In this document: positions 51,107-62,508 of the stretch, one piece after another
Position numbering within the stretch: position 1 is the first letter of the stretch
How the letters are laid out: each line of letters opens with the position of its first letter
Assembly (NCBI GenBank): GCA_963748045.1
Contig: CAVVIC010000014.1
Coordinates: 282,897-346,896 of the forward strand
Direction: 5' to 3'
DNA from: an uncultured Gammaproteobacteria bacterium
GTDB lineage: Bacteria; Pseudomonadota; Gammaproteobacteria; Steroidobacterales; Rariloculaceae
Length of the DNA stretch: 64,000 nt
Program-made: the position numbers and the translations under genes
The notes under the pieces: model-generated
Told to the model about the DNA's origin: nothing
Database searches by the model: none
Seen by the model: the letters and a program-made list of their open reading frames with translations, nothing else

Positions 51107-51623
51107 GGTGCATCGGTTGGCTCGCGACGCGATCGCCGGCACGACTGCCGACCATCGCACATCGTTACGTTTTTCGACCAACAACTGGTGGGATCAACCA
51201 CTCGCGCCCCAGCGCTGCGCCGGCGTTGCTGTCGTGTGCGTTCGACGGGACAAGGCTTTGCACGCGGCCGATGCCGCTGGCACGAAACCTGCTATTTACC
51301 GGCGGGTCTCCCGTCGAGCGCTCCGCGAAGTCTGACCAACCGAACCGAGCCGCCTGCTGTGTTTCCTCCCCGATTCGCAACGGCAGCCGGCGGGAGACCC
51401 ACACTGAACGAGGTCGCAGATCCGGGACGCGGAATCCCATTCCAGGCAGCTGAACCAACCCGGCGCCCCGAGGGTCAATATGTAGTGTGGGCCCTGTCCG
51501 CGCGGCGGAAGCCCTTGTTAATCGTGACGGAAGTCCGCGCTCGGATTGGCAATTTCCGGCCGTGACGAGCAAAATACGATTTTGGGCACGCGTCCGCCGT
51601 GGCGTGCGAATGGAGAGGGTTTT

Positions 51624-51848
51624 ATGGGCTTGGCTATGAGTCCCGTGCAGCTGCTGATCATCCTGGTCATCGTGGTCCTGATTTTCGGCACGAAACGGCT
51701 GAAGGAAGTCGGTGGCGACCTGGGCAGCGCCGTGAAGAGCTTTCGCAAGGCCATGAACACCGTCGAAGACCACGAAGACGAAGCCGCGGGTCCGCCGAAG
51801 CAGCTGACAAGCGAACAGCCGCAGCCGCAGCAGCAAGAAAAGAAGTAA
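51624..51848 (+). CDS. tatA: Twin-arginine translocase subunit TatA/TatE
   Basis: GGAGAGGG lies upstream of the [47 protein letters not shown].. is the canonical TatA TM helix plus amphipathic helix. Confidence 0.85.
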   Translation: MGLAMSPVQLLIILVIVVLIFGTKRLKEVGGDLGSAVKSFRKAMNTVEDHEDEAAGPPKQLTSEQPQPQQQEKK

Positions 51849-51923
51849 ACTCCCTGCCCGGCGCGGATGACGGCCACTTGAGCCGCAGCCGGCCCTCGAT
51901 TCCTGTCCCGCGAACCTTCGTTT

Positions 51924-52847
51924 ATGCAGTGGCGCACGCCTAACTTCAATTTCGTCAAATGGCGCCGAGTCGCGATGATCGGCTCGACCGTCGCGAACCT
52001 CGTCGCGATCGCGGCCATCCTCCACGGCATGAACTACGGCGTGGATTTCACGGGCGGCGTGCGCGTCGACGCGAAGTACAGCGCACCCGCGAATCTCGAT
52101 GCGATTCGGACCGGTCTGGAAGCAGCCGGTTTCCAGTCCGTGCAAGTGCAGAACTTCGGCTCGACGTCGGACGTCATGATCCGGTTGCCCCCGATCACCA
52201 AAGACAGCTCTCTCGCCTCGGTGCAGGAGCAGATCGTGGGCGTCCTGCGCACGGCTGGGCCGGACGTCATCGTGACTCAGTCGCAGTCCATCGGACCGCA
52301 GATCGGTGAGGACCTGGCGCAAAACGGCGTTCTCGCGATGGTCTTCGCCCTTGCGATGGTGTTCATCTATGTCATGGTGCGGTTCCGCTGGAAGCTGGCT
52401 CTCGGCGCCATCGTTGCGACTATGCATGACGTGTTGATCACGGCTGGCGCCTTTGCGGTGTTCCGCTGGCAGTTCGACCTGACGGTGCTCGGCTCGATCC
52501 TCGCGGTGCTCGGCTATTCGCTGAACGACACGATCGTCATCTACGACCGAATCAGGGACAACTTCCGGCTGATGCGCCGCGAAAAACCCGACGCCATCGT
52601 GAACGCGTCCGTGAACCAGACACTATCGCGCACGATCATCACGGGCGGCACGACGATGTTGACCGTCGTCGCGTTGTTCATTTTCGGCGGCGATGCGCTG
52701 TGGGGGTTCGCCCTCGCGCTGATCATTGGCATCGCGGTCGGCACCTATTCGTCGGTATACGTCGCGAGCTCCATGGCACTCGTGCTGAACATCTCGCCGC
52801 AAGACTTCGTCGAAACGAAGACCGAACGCGTCGACGAGCTGCCGTAG
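51924..52847 (+). CDS. secF: Protein-export membrane protein SecF
   Basis: ..GMNYGVDFTGGVRV.., ..SIGPQIGEDLAQNG.., ..LGYSLNDTIVIYDRIRDN.. and ..TLSRTIITGGTTMLTV... Intact 307-aa ORF. Confidence 0.9.
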   Translation: MQWRTPNFNFVKWRRVAMIGSTVANLVAIAAILHGMNYGVDFTGGVRVDAKYSAPANLDAIRTGLEAAGFQSVQVQNFGSTSDVMIRLPPITKDSSLASVQEQIVGVLRTAGPDVIVTQSQSIGPQIGEDLAQNGVLAMVFALAMVFIYVMVRFRWKLALGAIVATMHDVLITAGAFAVFRWQFDLTVLGSILAVLGYSLNDTIVIYDRIRDNFRLMRREKPDAIVNASVNQTLSRTIITGGTTMLTVVALFIFGGDALWGFALALIIGIAVGTYSSVYVASSMALVLNISPQDFVETKTERVDELP

Positions 52848-52867
52848 GCAACGACCGCCGAACATCC

Positions 52868-53422
52868 GTGCGCCCGACCGAGCCGCGCGTCCGTCTCGAA
52901 CGACCGGCTCTAAGTCGCGAACGCGACTACCTCGATGCTTGTCACCGCAGTCGCTCGCTGCATCGCGGCCTCGTCGCCGCGGCTGCGACGCCGGCCGATT
53001 ACCTCGATTACCTCGAGCGCACGGCACGACCGAGCCAGGAGTCGTTCTTCGTCGTGACGGCCGCGAGCGGGGAGCTCGCCGGCGTCGTGAACATCCTCGA
53101 CATCGCGCGCAGCGCAACCTCCACGGGGCGACTCGCGTATTTCTCATTCGTGCCGCACGCAGGTTCGGGGCTCATGCGCGAAGGCGTGGGGCAGGTCATC
53201 GAAGTGGCGTTCCGCGAGCTCGATCTTGCCCGACTGGACGCGGACATTGAGTCCGGCAACGGTCGCTCGCGTGCACTGGTCGAGCGATTGGGGTTTCGCT
53301 GCGGCGGCGCGCCACCGTTACAGCTGAAGATCGGCTCGCGGTGGCGCGAGCACAAGCGCTGGACCTTGTTGCGCGCCGAGTGGCCCGCGGTCGACGGTCA
53401 GGAGCTCGCGGCCCGCGCGTAA
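52868..53422 (+). CDS. GNAT-family N-acetyltransferase (RimJ/RimL-like)
   Basis: The GTG start at 52868 lies within ORF 52700..53422. Supporting segments: ..FFVVTAASGELAGVVNILDI..GSGLMREGVGQVIEVAFRELDLARLDADIESGNGRSRALVERLGF... Confidence 0.7.
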   Translation: MRPTEPRVRLERPALSRERDYLDACHRSRSLHRGLVAAAATPADYLDYLERTARPSQESFFVVTAASGELAGVVNILDIARSATSTGRLAYFSFVPHAGSGLMREGVGQVIEVAFRELDLARLDADIESGNGRSRALVERLGFRCGGAPPLQLKIGSRWREHKRWTLLRAEWPAVDGQELAARA

Positions 53423-53889
53423 CCGAGCGGTAGTGCCGTCGTGTCGATGGCTTGCCGCAGCACGAACGACGAGTGCACGCCGATCACGCCTTCGATGCGC
53501 GTGATCTTCGTCAGCAGGAACCGCTGGTACTCGTCCATGTTCGGCACGGTGATCTTGAGCTGGTAGTCGGCCTCCTGCCCGGTGATCAGGTAGCACTCCT
53601 GCACCTCGGGATAGCCGCGCACGGCGCTCTCGAACTGCGCGAAGCGTTCCGGCGTGTGCCGGTCCATGCGGATGTGGATCAGCACGGTGAGATCGAGGCC
53701 GAGCGCGCGCGGCTCGAGCCGCACCACGCGCTCGCGGATCACGCCGGCGGTTTCGAGGCGATGAATTCGCCGCGAGCAGGGCGAGGCCGAGAGGCCGACG
53801 CGGTCCGCGACCTCCTGGTTGCTGAGGCCGCCGTTGGCCTGTAGCTCGGCGAGGATCTTGAGGTCGAATGAGTCGAGTTTCTCCGCCAT
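53398..53889 (-). CDS. Lrp/AsnC-family transcriptional regulator
   Basis: MAEKLDSFDLKILAELQANGGLSNQEVADRVGLSASPCSRRIHRLE.. is followed by an AsnC-type C-terminal domain. Its 3' end overlaps the GNAT gene by 25 nt (convergent). Confidence 0.9.
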   Translation of the reverse strand: MAEKLDSFDLKILAELQANGGLSNQEVADRVGLSASPCSRRIHRLETAGVIRERVVRLEPRALGLDLTVLIHIRMDRHTPERFAQFESAVRGYPEVQECYLITGQEADYQLKITVPNMDEYQRFLLTKITRIEGVIGVHSSFVLRQAIDTTALPLGYARAASS

Positions 53890-54059
53890 GGCGCACATTC
53901 CCGAATCAAAATGCTGCGCATATTAAGCAGAATCATGCTAGAAACGAGCGTCTGATGCGGAAGAAATAGACCGATCCTGCCGCGGCACCGCGCCTAGAAT
54001 GGCGGCTTCCTTAGTGGCGGCGCGTGGCCGCCGTGTCCGGCAGAAGTAAGGACCTCGTC

Positions 54060-55746
<1,687 letters not shown>

Positions 55747-55756
55747 CTACGGCCGC

Positions 55757-57196
55757 GTGAACGCCGCCGCGTCCGCCGAGATCGTGTTTCTCGACGCGCG
55801 GCGGCTCGCCGCGCTGCTCGCTCGGCGTGAGCTGTCGGCCGTCGAGGTGCTCGACGCTTTCCTGGGGCAGATCGAGCGTCTGAACGATCGAGTCAACGCG
55901 ATCGTCTCGCTCAAAGCCGCCGCCGAGCTGCGGGCGGAAGCGGCCGCGGCCGATCGGCGGCTCGCGTCGGGTGAGCAGGTCGGCGCGCTGCACGGCCTGC
56001 CGATGGCGATCAAGGATCTCTGCCTCACGCGCGGTCTGCGCACGACGTTCGGCTCGCTCGTGTATCGCGACTTCGTGCCGACCAGCGACGAGCTGTACGT
56101 CGAGCGCTGCCGGCGCGCCGGCGCCATCATCATCGGCAAGACCAACACGCCCGAATTCGGCGCCGGCTCGCAGACCTTCAACGCCGTGTTCGGCGCGACG
56201 CGCAATCCGTACGATCTGACCAAGACGAGCGGCGGCAGCACCGGCGGCGGCGCGGCCGCGCTCGCCTGCGGCATGTTGCCGGTCGCCGACGGCACGGATC
56301 TCGGCGGCTCGCTGCGCAATCCCGCCAGCTTCTGCAACGTCGTCGGCTTCCGGCCGTCGCCGGGGCGCGTGCCGCGGTTGAACGCGCGCGCCGGCGATAC
56401 GCTCGGCGTGCACGGACCCATGGCGCGCAGCGTCGGCGACGTCGCGTGGTTGCTCGCGGTCATGGCGGGTCCGGATCCGCGCGATCGGCTGTCGTTGCCC
56501 GACCCAGGTACAACGTTTCTCGCGCCGCTCGAACGCGACTTTCGCGGCACGCGCGTTGCGTGGAGCGCGTAACCTCAAGCGCTACCCGGTAGAGGCCGCC
56601 GTCACGCGCGTCTGCAACGCGGCGCGACCGGTGCTGGTGCAGCTTGGTTGCGAGGTTGCGAACGCCGAGCCCGATCTCGACGGCGTGGACGAGCTGTTCC
56701 AGACGCTGCGCGCGCAAGGCTACGCAGCGAGCCATCGCCGCGATCTGGAGCGGCATCGGGCGCTGCTGAAGGACACGGTCGTGTGGAATATCGAACGCGG
56801 TCTCGCGCTGACGAGCGACGATCTCGCGCGCGCGGCCGCGATCAAGACGGCGCTCGACGCGCGCGTCGCGGCGTTCTTCGAGCGGTACGAGTTTCTGGCG
56901 TTGCCCGTGGCGCAGGTGGCGCCGTTCGCCGGTCGAGACGCAGTGGGTACGCGAGATCGAAGGCGTGCCGATGCCGACCTACATCGACTGGATGGCGACG
57001 TGCTACGCGATCAGCTGCACGGGTCTGCCGGCCATCAGCGTGCCGTGCGGTTTCACGCCCGACGGCTTGGCCGTCGGGTTGCAGATCGTCGGTCGCCGCG
57101 GCTGCGACTTCGAAGTGCTGCAGCTCGCGAACGCGTTCGAGCAGGCCACGCACCACGCATTGCGCCGGCCGCCGCTCGCGGCGCCAAACTATTTGA
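55757..57196 (+). pseudogene. Amidase-signature family amidase; about 3 frame breaks; 3' end uncertain
   Basis: GTG start at 55757. Supporting segments: ..LHGLPMAIKDL.., ..GKTNTPEFGAGSQTFN.., ..TSGGSTGGGAAALA... It is interrupted at 56570 (..VAWSA then TAA). It continues in ORFs 56556.. and 56965... The only stop before the terminator is the TGA at 57194-57196, which is in another frame. Confidence 0.8.
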
Positions 57197-57198
57197 GC

Positions 57199-57224
57199 AA
57201 AAAAAAGCCCGGCCGAAGCCGGGC
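57199..57224 (-). terminator. Strong rho-independent terminator (minus strand); also serves as a weak plus-strand terminator
   Basis: On the minus strand: GCCCGGC-TTCG-GCCGGGC followed by T8 (A8 at 57199-57206 on the plus strand). Confidence 0.8.
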
Positions 57225-57317
57225 GAGTCTTTGGGGGAAACCGTCAGGAGCAAGTCTCCGAAACTTGCTGACAGTATCCGCGCGTAGCGGGGCAGCGCCT
57301 GTGACCCAAGTCACAGC
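57199..57317 (-). ncRNA. Candidate ~120-nt small RNA or structured 3' UTR downstream of the aminotransferase gene
   Basis: Read on the minus strand: TTGCGA (57349-57344), a 17-nt spacer, TATGTC (57326-57321), hairpin CTGTGAC-TTGG-GTCACAG, a bulged hairpin GTCAGCAAGT..ACTTGCTCCTGAC, then the T8 terminator. Confidence 0.3.
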
Positions 57318-57366
57318 TTTGACATAACCGCACGTCACCCGCGTCGCAATTGGCTGCGGCTAGCCG

Positions 57367-58646
57367 TCAGCCGACGGGATAGGGCTTCGCGAGCCGGTAC
57401 TGCGGGTTCTGCTTGAGCCAGGCGGCCAGTCGATCCTTGCGGCCGATGGCCGTCGGGATGAAGTCGAGCGCCTGCTTCAAGCGGTCGTTCGGCTCGGCGC
57501 AGCTGAAGCGCAGGAAGCCTGCGCCCGCCTGCGCCGAAGCATTCGCCGCCGAGGCAGGCGACGCCGAACTTGTCGTCGGCGCCTTCCAGCAGGTACATCG
57601 CCAGGCCGTGGCTCGTGATGCCGAGCTCGTTGCAGACGGGCGCGACGTTCGGGAAGACGTAGAACGTCGCGGTCGGATCGAGCGTGCGTGAACCCCTCGA
57701 TCCGGTTCAGGCCCTCGGCCAGCAGCACGACCTTCTCGCGGAACTTCTGCATCACGTCGTCGCGCTCCTGCGATCGCGCTTCAGCGCCGCCGTGCCGGCC
57801 AGCTGCACGATCGGCGGCACGCACGACAGCGTCGTGTTGATCATCTTGCCGATCACGTCGGCGATCTTCGGCCGCGGCGACGGCGAAGCCGAGCCGCCAG
57901 CCGCTCATGCTGTACGACTTGCTGAACGTGTAAGCGCGCCACGCACTGGTCCAGCATGCCCGGCTGGCTCAGCGAGCGAGTGATGCCTGCCGCTTCCAGA
58001 CCATGTGGCAGTACGGCTCGTCGCTGAAGACGGCGACGTTCGTGCCGCGGACCAGGTCGGCGATGCCGCTGCAGATCGTCCTTCGGTCGGCGACGCCGCC
58101 GGTCGGGTTGTGCGGCGAGTTGAGGAAGATCGCCCGCGGCGCCGGATCGTCTTCGAGGAACCGCTCGACGTCGGCGAGGTCGGGCCGGAAACTCGTTCTC
58201 CTGCTTGCAGCGGCGCGAGCACGGCGCGCGCGCCGCGCCGCTCGATGTTCGGCAGGTACGTCGGAAAGTGCGGGCTGAAGACGAGCACGCCGTCGCCCGG
58301 ATTCGAGAAACGCCTCGCAGAAGAACTGCTCGAACACCTTCGCGCCCGGGCCCGACGACGACGTTCTCGGGCTTCGGCCGGGATGCCGAACTCCGTCGCG
58401 CACGAATTCGGCCGCCGCTTCGCGGAACTCCGGCAGGCCCGGCGACGGGCAGTAGTGCGACTGATTGTTCTCGATGGCCTCCATGCCGCCGGCTCGCGCC
58501 GACGCCGTGCTGTCGAACGGGCTGTCGCCGATCTCCAGCTCGACGACGTCCTTGCCGGCCGCTTTCAGCGGCTTGGCGACGGCGAGCACGGTGAACGCGG
58601 TTTCGACGGTCAGGGAACGGGCGAAATCACTCAGTTGCGCGGACAC
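57367..58646 (-). pseudogene. Class I/II pyridoxal-phosphate aminotransferase; at least 5 frame breaks
   Basis: MSAQLSDFARSLTVETAFTVLAVAKPLKAAGKDVVELEIGDSPF.., ..FLNSPHNPTGG.., a hand-read ..FSKSYSMSGWRLGFAVA.. (PLP-lysine motif), and the tail ..MYLLEGADDKFGVACLGGECFG... The stop is at 57367-57369. Confidence 0.8.
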
Positions 58647-58856
58647 GGTGGCACCTTCACGGTTCGGGCGGATGGGAAGTTTCCGGCTCCGCGGTGCGTT
58701 GTTGTGGTCTTCAAGGATCGCGCCGGCTTCGAGCCGGCGTCAGCATAGCACCGCGGGCGGGCTCCTTCGACCCGATGCGCGAGAGGCCGGTGGCTTATGT
58801 CCTCCGGGTTCAGCGAGGCATAATGCCGCCTCGTTTCGGTGGAGAGGAGAATTCCA

Positions 58857-59225
58857 ATGATCGGTTACGTAACGCTCGGCACGAACGATCTCGCTCGCGC
58901 CTCGAAATTCTACGATGCGCTGCTCGCCGAGATCGGCGGCAAACGCCAGCTCGAGTCTGATCGCTTCGTGTCGTGGTCGGCGGGCGAGCACAGCCCCGGC
59001 CTCGGCGTGATCAAGCCCTTCGACGGCAAGACTGCGACAGGCGGCAACGGCACGATGGTCGCGCTCGTCGTCGACTCGCGCGAGAAGGTCGACGCGCTGT
59101 ACAACAAGGCCATGAAGCTCGGCGCCAAAGACGAAGGCCCGCCCGGGCTGCGCTGGGGCAATTTCTACGTCGGGTACTTCCGCGATCTCGACGGCAACAA
59201 GCTGAACGCTTTCTGCATGGGCTGA
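58857..59225 (+). CDS. VOC-family (glyoxalase-like) protein
   Basis: MIGYVTLGTNDLARASKFYDALL.. and ..YVGYFRDLDGNKLNAFCMG. GGAGAGGAG lies upstream of the ATG at 58857. The ORF is intact. Confidence 0.8.
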   Translation: MIGYVTLGTNDLARASKFYDALLAEIGGKRQLESDRFVSWSAGEHSPGLGVIKPFDGKTATGGNGTMVALVVDSREKVDALYNKAMKLGAKDEGPPGLRWGNFYVGYFRDLDGNKLNAFCMG

Positions 59226-59326
59226 TCCGACGAAGCGGGCGCTTGAGACGGCGCGCGCAGCGCGCCGCGCGCCGCGCGAGCTCCGCGCGTCCGCCGACAC
59301 CGGCGCGTCGCCGTCCCTCCGTCCTC

Positions 59327-60771
59327 ATGCTCATAGTTCTGCGAACGCTCGGTCTGCTGTTGCTCGCGTTCGGCGCGACGCTCGTGCCGCCGATGGCGAT
59401 CTCGCTGCTCTACGGCGACGGCGAGTTCCAGCCACTTCGCCGCGGCGTGCGTCGCGCGGGCTCGTGGCCGGTCTCGTGCTGTGGCTGCCGTTCCGGCGAC
59501 GCACGTGGCGCTACGCAGCCGCGATGGCTTCGTGATCGTGGCGCTCGTGTGGACGGTGATGAGTCTCACTCGGCGCCGTGCCATTCATGCTGACGCTCGG
59601 CCTCGACTTCGCCGGCCGCGTTCTTCGAATCCGTGGCGGGCTACACGACGACGGCTCGACCACGCTCGTGGGCCTCGACGCGCTCCCGCCGTCGATTCTG
59701 CTGTATCGCCAGCAGATCCAATGGCTCGGCGGTCTCGGCGTCATCGTGCTCGCGGTCGCGCTGCTGCCGATGCTCGGCATCGGCGGCATGCAGCTCTACA
59801 AGGCCGATACGCCAGGGCCGTTCAAGGACGAGAGAATCACGCCGCGGGTCACGCGCTCGGCGCGCAGCCTGTGCTTCGTGTACGTGGTGCTGACGCTGGT
59901 CTGCGCCGCGGCCTTCTGGTTCTCGGGCATGAGCGTGTTCGACGCCGTGAGCCACAGCTTCTCGACGCTGTCGACGGGCGGGTACTCGACGCACGACGAC
60001 AACATCGGGTACTTCAACAGCGTTCCCATCGAGCTCGTGACGATCGTGTTCTCGCTGATCGGCGGCATCAGCTTCAACGAGCACTTCCTCGCGCTGCGGA
60101 CGCTGCAGCTGCAGCGCTACCAGCGCGACACGCAGACGCGCGTGTTTCTGTCGTATCGTTGCCGTGCTCGACGATCGTGACGACCGCTCGTGCTGTACGT
60201 GCAGGGCACGTATCCGTCGCTGCCGGCTGCGCTGCGGCACGGCCTGTTCGCGTCCGTGGCTTCGGTGTCGACGAGCGGTTTCACGATCGCGGACTTCGCG
60301 CTGTGGCCGCTCGCGCTGCCGGCGCTGCTGATCTTCTCGATGTTCGTGGGCGGTTGCGCGGGCTCGAGCGCGGGCGGCATGAAGGTCATCCGCTACGTCG
60401 TGCTGTTCAAGCAGGTCGGCGTGCACATTCACCGCCTGATTCATCCGCAGGCGATTCGCCGCATGAAGCTCGACGGCCAGCCGGTGCCGGACTCCGTGGT
60501 CGAGGCCGTCGGCGGATTCTTCGCCGTCTACGTCGTGGTGTTCGTGATCTTCATGGTCCTCGCGATGATGGACGGCATGGATCAGATCACGGCGTTCGGC
60601 GCCGTCGCGACTTCGATCAACAACGCGGGGCCGGGCTTGGGGTCGGTGGCGATGACGTTCGCGGACGTGAGCCCGCAGGGCAAGATCATGTTCGCGATCG
60701 CGATGCTGTTCGGCCGGCTCGAGATCTTCACGTTCCTCGTGCTGTTGACGCCGGCGTTCTGGAAGCGCTGA
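59327..60771 (+). pseudogene. trkH: Trk-type potassium uptake protein TrkH; about 4 frame breaks
   Basis: MLIVLRTLGLLLLAFGATLVPPMAISLLYGDGE.., ..WLGGLGVIVLAVALLPMLGIGGMQLYKAD.., ..FSTLSTGGYSTHD.. (ORF 59578..), and ..GGCAGSSAGGMKVIR..SINNAGPGLG.. (ORF 60190..60771). Confidence 0.85.
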
Positions 60772-61297
60772 CGCGGCGATTGCGCACCACAGGTGCTGCT
60801 GGGCGGACGGCGCGCAGTTCCAAGGGTAGGCCGAGATCGTCGCCGCCGAGCGAGTGGATACAGCGGCGCAGGCTGTCTGTGAAGGTCGCCGTCTCCACTT
60901 CGTCGAACGATGCGAGCATTTTGTTGAACACGGAAGTGCCGACGCTATGGGCACGCTCGAGCTCGACGAGGCCGGCCTCGGTCAAAGACCAGCTGTCGGC
61001 GCGGCGGCTGTCGGGATGAGGCCGCCGGTCGATCAACCCGTCGAGCTCGAGATGCCGCAACACGGAATTCATGGTCTGTGCCGAGACGAAGGCCCTGCGG
61101 GCCAGCTTGGCGCCCGTGACGCCCGGTTCGAAGCGCAGCCCGAACAGCGCCACGACGGCCGCGAACGACAGCTCCACGCCCTTCTTGCGCAGGGCGTCGT
61201 CCATGGCCTGCCGCAGGGTGTGCTGCAATAGTCGCAGCAGGAACCCGACGGTATGCTTGGGGTCGACGACCGGGCCGGCTTTAGGATTCTTGGGCAT
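60728..61297 (-). CDS. MarR-family transcriptional regulator
   Basis: ..GVTGAKLARRAFVSAQTMNSVLRHLELDGLIDRRPHPDSRRADSWSLTEAGL.. is a winged helix. It is divergent from an RND pump operon. The Arg-rich C-terminal tail overlaps the trkH 3' end by 44 nt. Confidence 0.85.
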   Translation of the reverse strand: MPKNPKAGPVVDPKHTVGFLLRLLQHTLRQAMDDALRKKGVELSFAAVVALFGLRFEPGVTGAKLARRAFVSAQTMNSVLRHLELDGLIDRRPHPDSRRADSWSLTEAGLVELERAHSVGTSVFNKMLASFDEVETATFTDSLRRCIHSLGGDDLGLPLELRAVRPAAPVVRNRRVSASRTPASTARGT

Positions 61298-61313
61298 CGC
61301 TCCGCGATTGCTC

Positions 61314-61349
61314 GATATCAGAGAACTGATATCATATCAGCAAGCTGAT
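61314..61349. promoter_or_regulatory. Two adjacent palindromes sharing a TATCAG core, candidate MarR operators
   Basis: GATATCAG-AGAA-CTGATATC (61314-61333) and ATCAGC-AA-GCTGAT (61336-61349). Both lie in the 74-bp gap between the marR-like gene and the pump operon. Confidence 0.55.
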
Positions 61350-61371
61350 GGTTAGCAAGGACGACTGCGCG

Positions 61372-62508
61372 ATGCAAGCACAAGACTCGTACGTACGACG
61401 CCGAATCCAGGGACGGGTTCTCGTCGCGTTGGTGGTCGCTGCGGGATTGGCAGTGCTTGCAGGATGCTCGCGTGGCGGCAACGGCCAGCGCGGCAACGGT
61501 GCCGCCGCTCCCGCGCGCGCCGCCGTCATGACGGTTACCGCCGCGCCGCTCGAACGCTCGGAGCTCACGCGCAAGATCTCGATGAACGGCTCGGTGTACG
61601 CGTGGCAGGAAGTCATCATCGCGCCCGAAGTCGGCGGCTATCGCGTCGCGGACGTTCTCGTCGACGTCGGCGCTCACGTGAAGGCGGGCCAGAAGCTCGT
61701 CACGCTCTCGACCTCGCTGCTCGAAGCCGAGGTGGCCACGAAGCAGGCGATCGTCAATCAGCGCCAGGCGGAGCTCGACAACGCGGAATCCGCATTGCAC
61801 CGCGGCCAGATGCTGGCAGAGACGCACGTGCTGTCGGAAGCCGATCTCGACAAGTTGTCGGCGGACCAGCGCGCAAAGCGTGCGGCGTTGGCGTCGGCGC
61901 GCGCCGATCTCGACACCTCGCAGTTGCGTCTGAAGTTCACTTCCGTGACGGCACCGGACGATGGCGTCATCACGGCGCGCACGGTCACCGTGGGGCAGAT
62001 CGCGCAGGCCGGCGGCGAGATGCTGCGGCTCCTGCGCAACGGCCGCATCGAGTGGCGCGGCGAAGTGCCCGAAATGCGGCTCGGCGAGCTCGCGCAAGGC
62101 CAAGACGTCGCGGTCTCCACGGTCGAGGGACTCGTCGTGCGCGGCAAGATTCGCGTGGTGGCACCCACCATCGCGAGCGGCAACCGCACGGGCCTCGTGT
62201 ACGTGGACCTGCCGCAGGACGACCGTGTTCGGCCCGGCATGTTTGCGCGCGGCGAGATCGAGATCGGCCGCGGCCCGGGCTTCACGGTGCCGCTCGAGAG
62301 CATCGTGAGCTCCGACGGTTATAGCTATGTGTTCGTAGTGCGCCCCGACAACACGGTCGAACGGCGGCGCATCGAGACCGGCGCGGTGCTCGGCGACTCG
62401 ATCGAGGTCATGAGCGGTGTGCAAGGCAACGAGACGATCGTGAACAAGGGCGCCGGGTTCCTGAAGGATGGCGATCTCGTCAACGTCGGTACGGTGAGCG
62501 GCTCATGA
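61372..62508 (+). CDS. RND efflux membrane-fusion lipoprotein (AcrA/HlyD_D23-like)
   Basis: The ATG at 61372 lies within ORF 61348..62508. It has a lipobox (LAVLAGCS). Supporting segments: ..VIIAPEVGGYRVADVLVDVGAHVKAGQKLVTL.. and ..LKFTSVTAPDDGVITARTVTVGQ... The ORF is intact. Confidence 0.9.
   Translation: MQAQDSYVRRRIQGRVLVALVVAAGLAVLAGCSRGGNGQRGNGAAAPARAAVMTVTAAPLERSELTRKISMNGSVYAWQEVIIAPEVGGYRVADVLVDVGAHVKAGQKLVTLSTSLLEAEVATKQAIVNQRQAELDNAESALHRGQMLAETHVLSEADLDKLSADQRAKRAALASARADLDTSQLRLKFTSVTAPDDGVITARTVTVGQIAQAGGEMLRLLRNGRIEWRGEVPEMRLGELAQGQDVAVSTVEGLVVRGKIRVVAPTIASGNRTGLVYVDLPQDDRVRPGMFARGEIEIGRGPGFTVPLESIVSSDGYSYVFVVRPDNTVERRRIETGAVLGDSIEVMSGVQGNETIVNKGAGFLKDGDLVNVGTVSGS

Noticed and set aside
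51524-51542. GACGGAAGTCCGCGCTCGG resembles the RNase P RNA P4 strand (GAGGAAAGUCCGGGCUCC).
   Set aside because: A ~350-nt RNase P RNA starting here would run through the well-supported tatA coding sequence. The other conserved RNase P blocks are not present.
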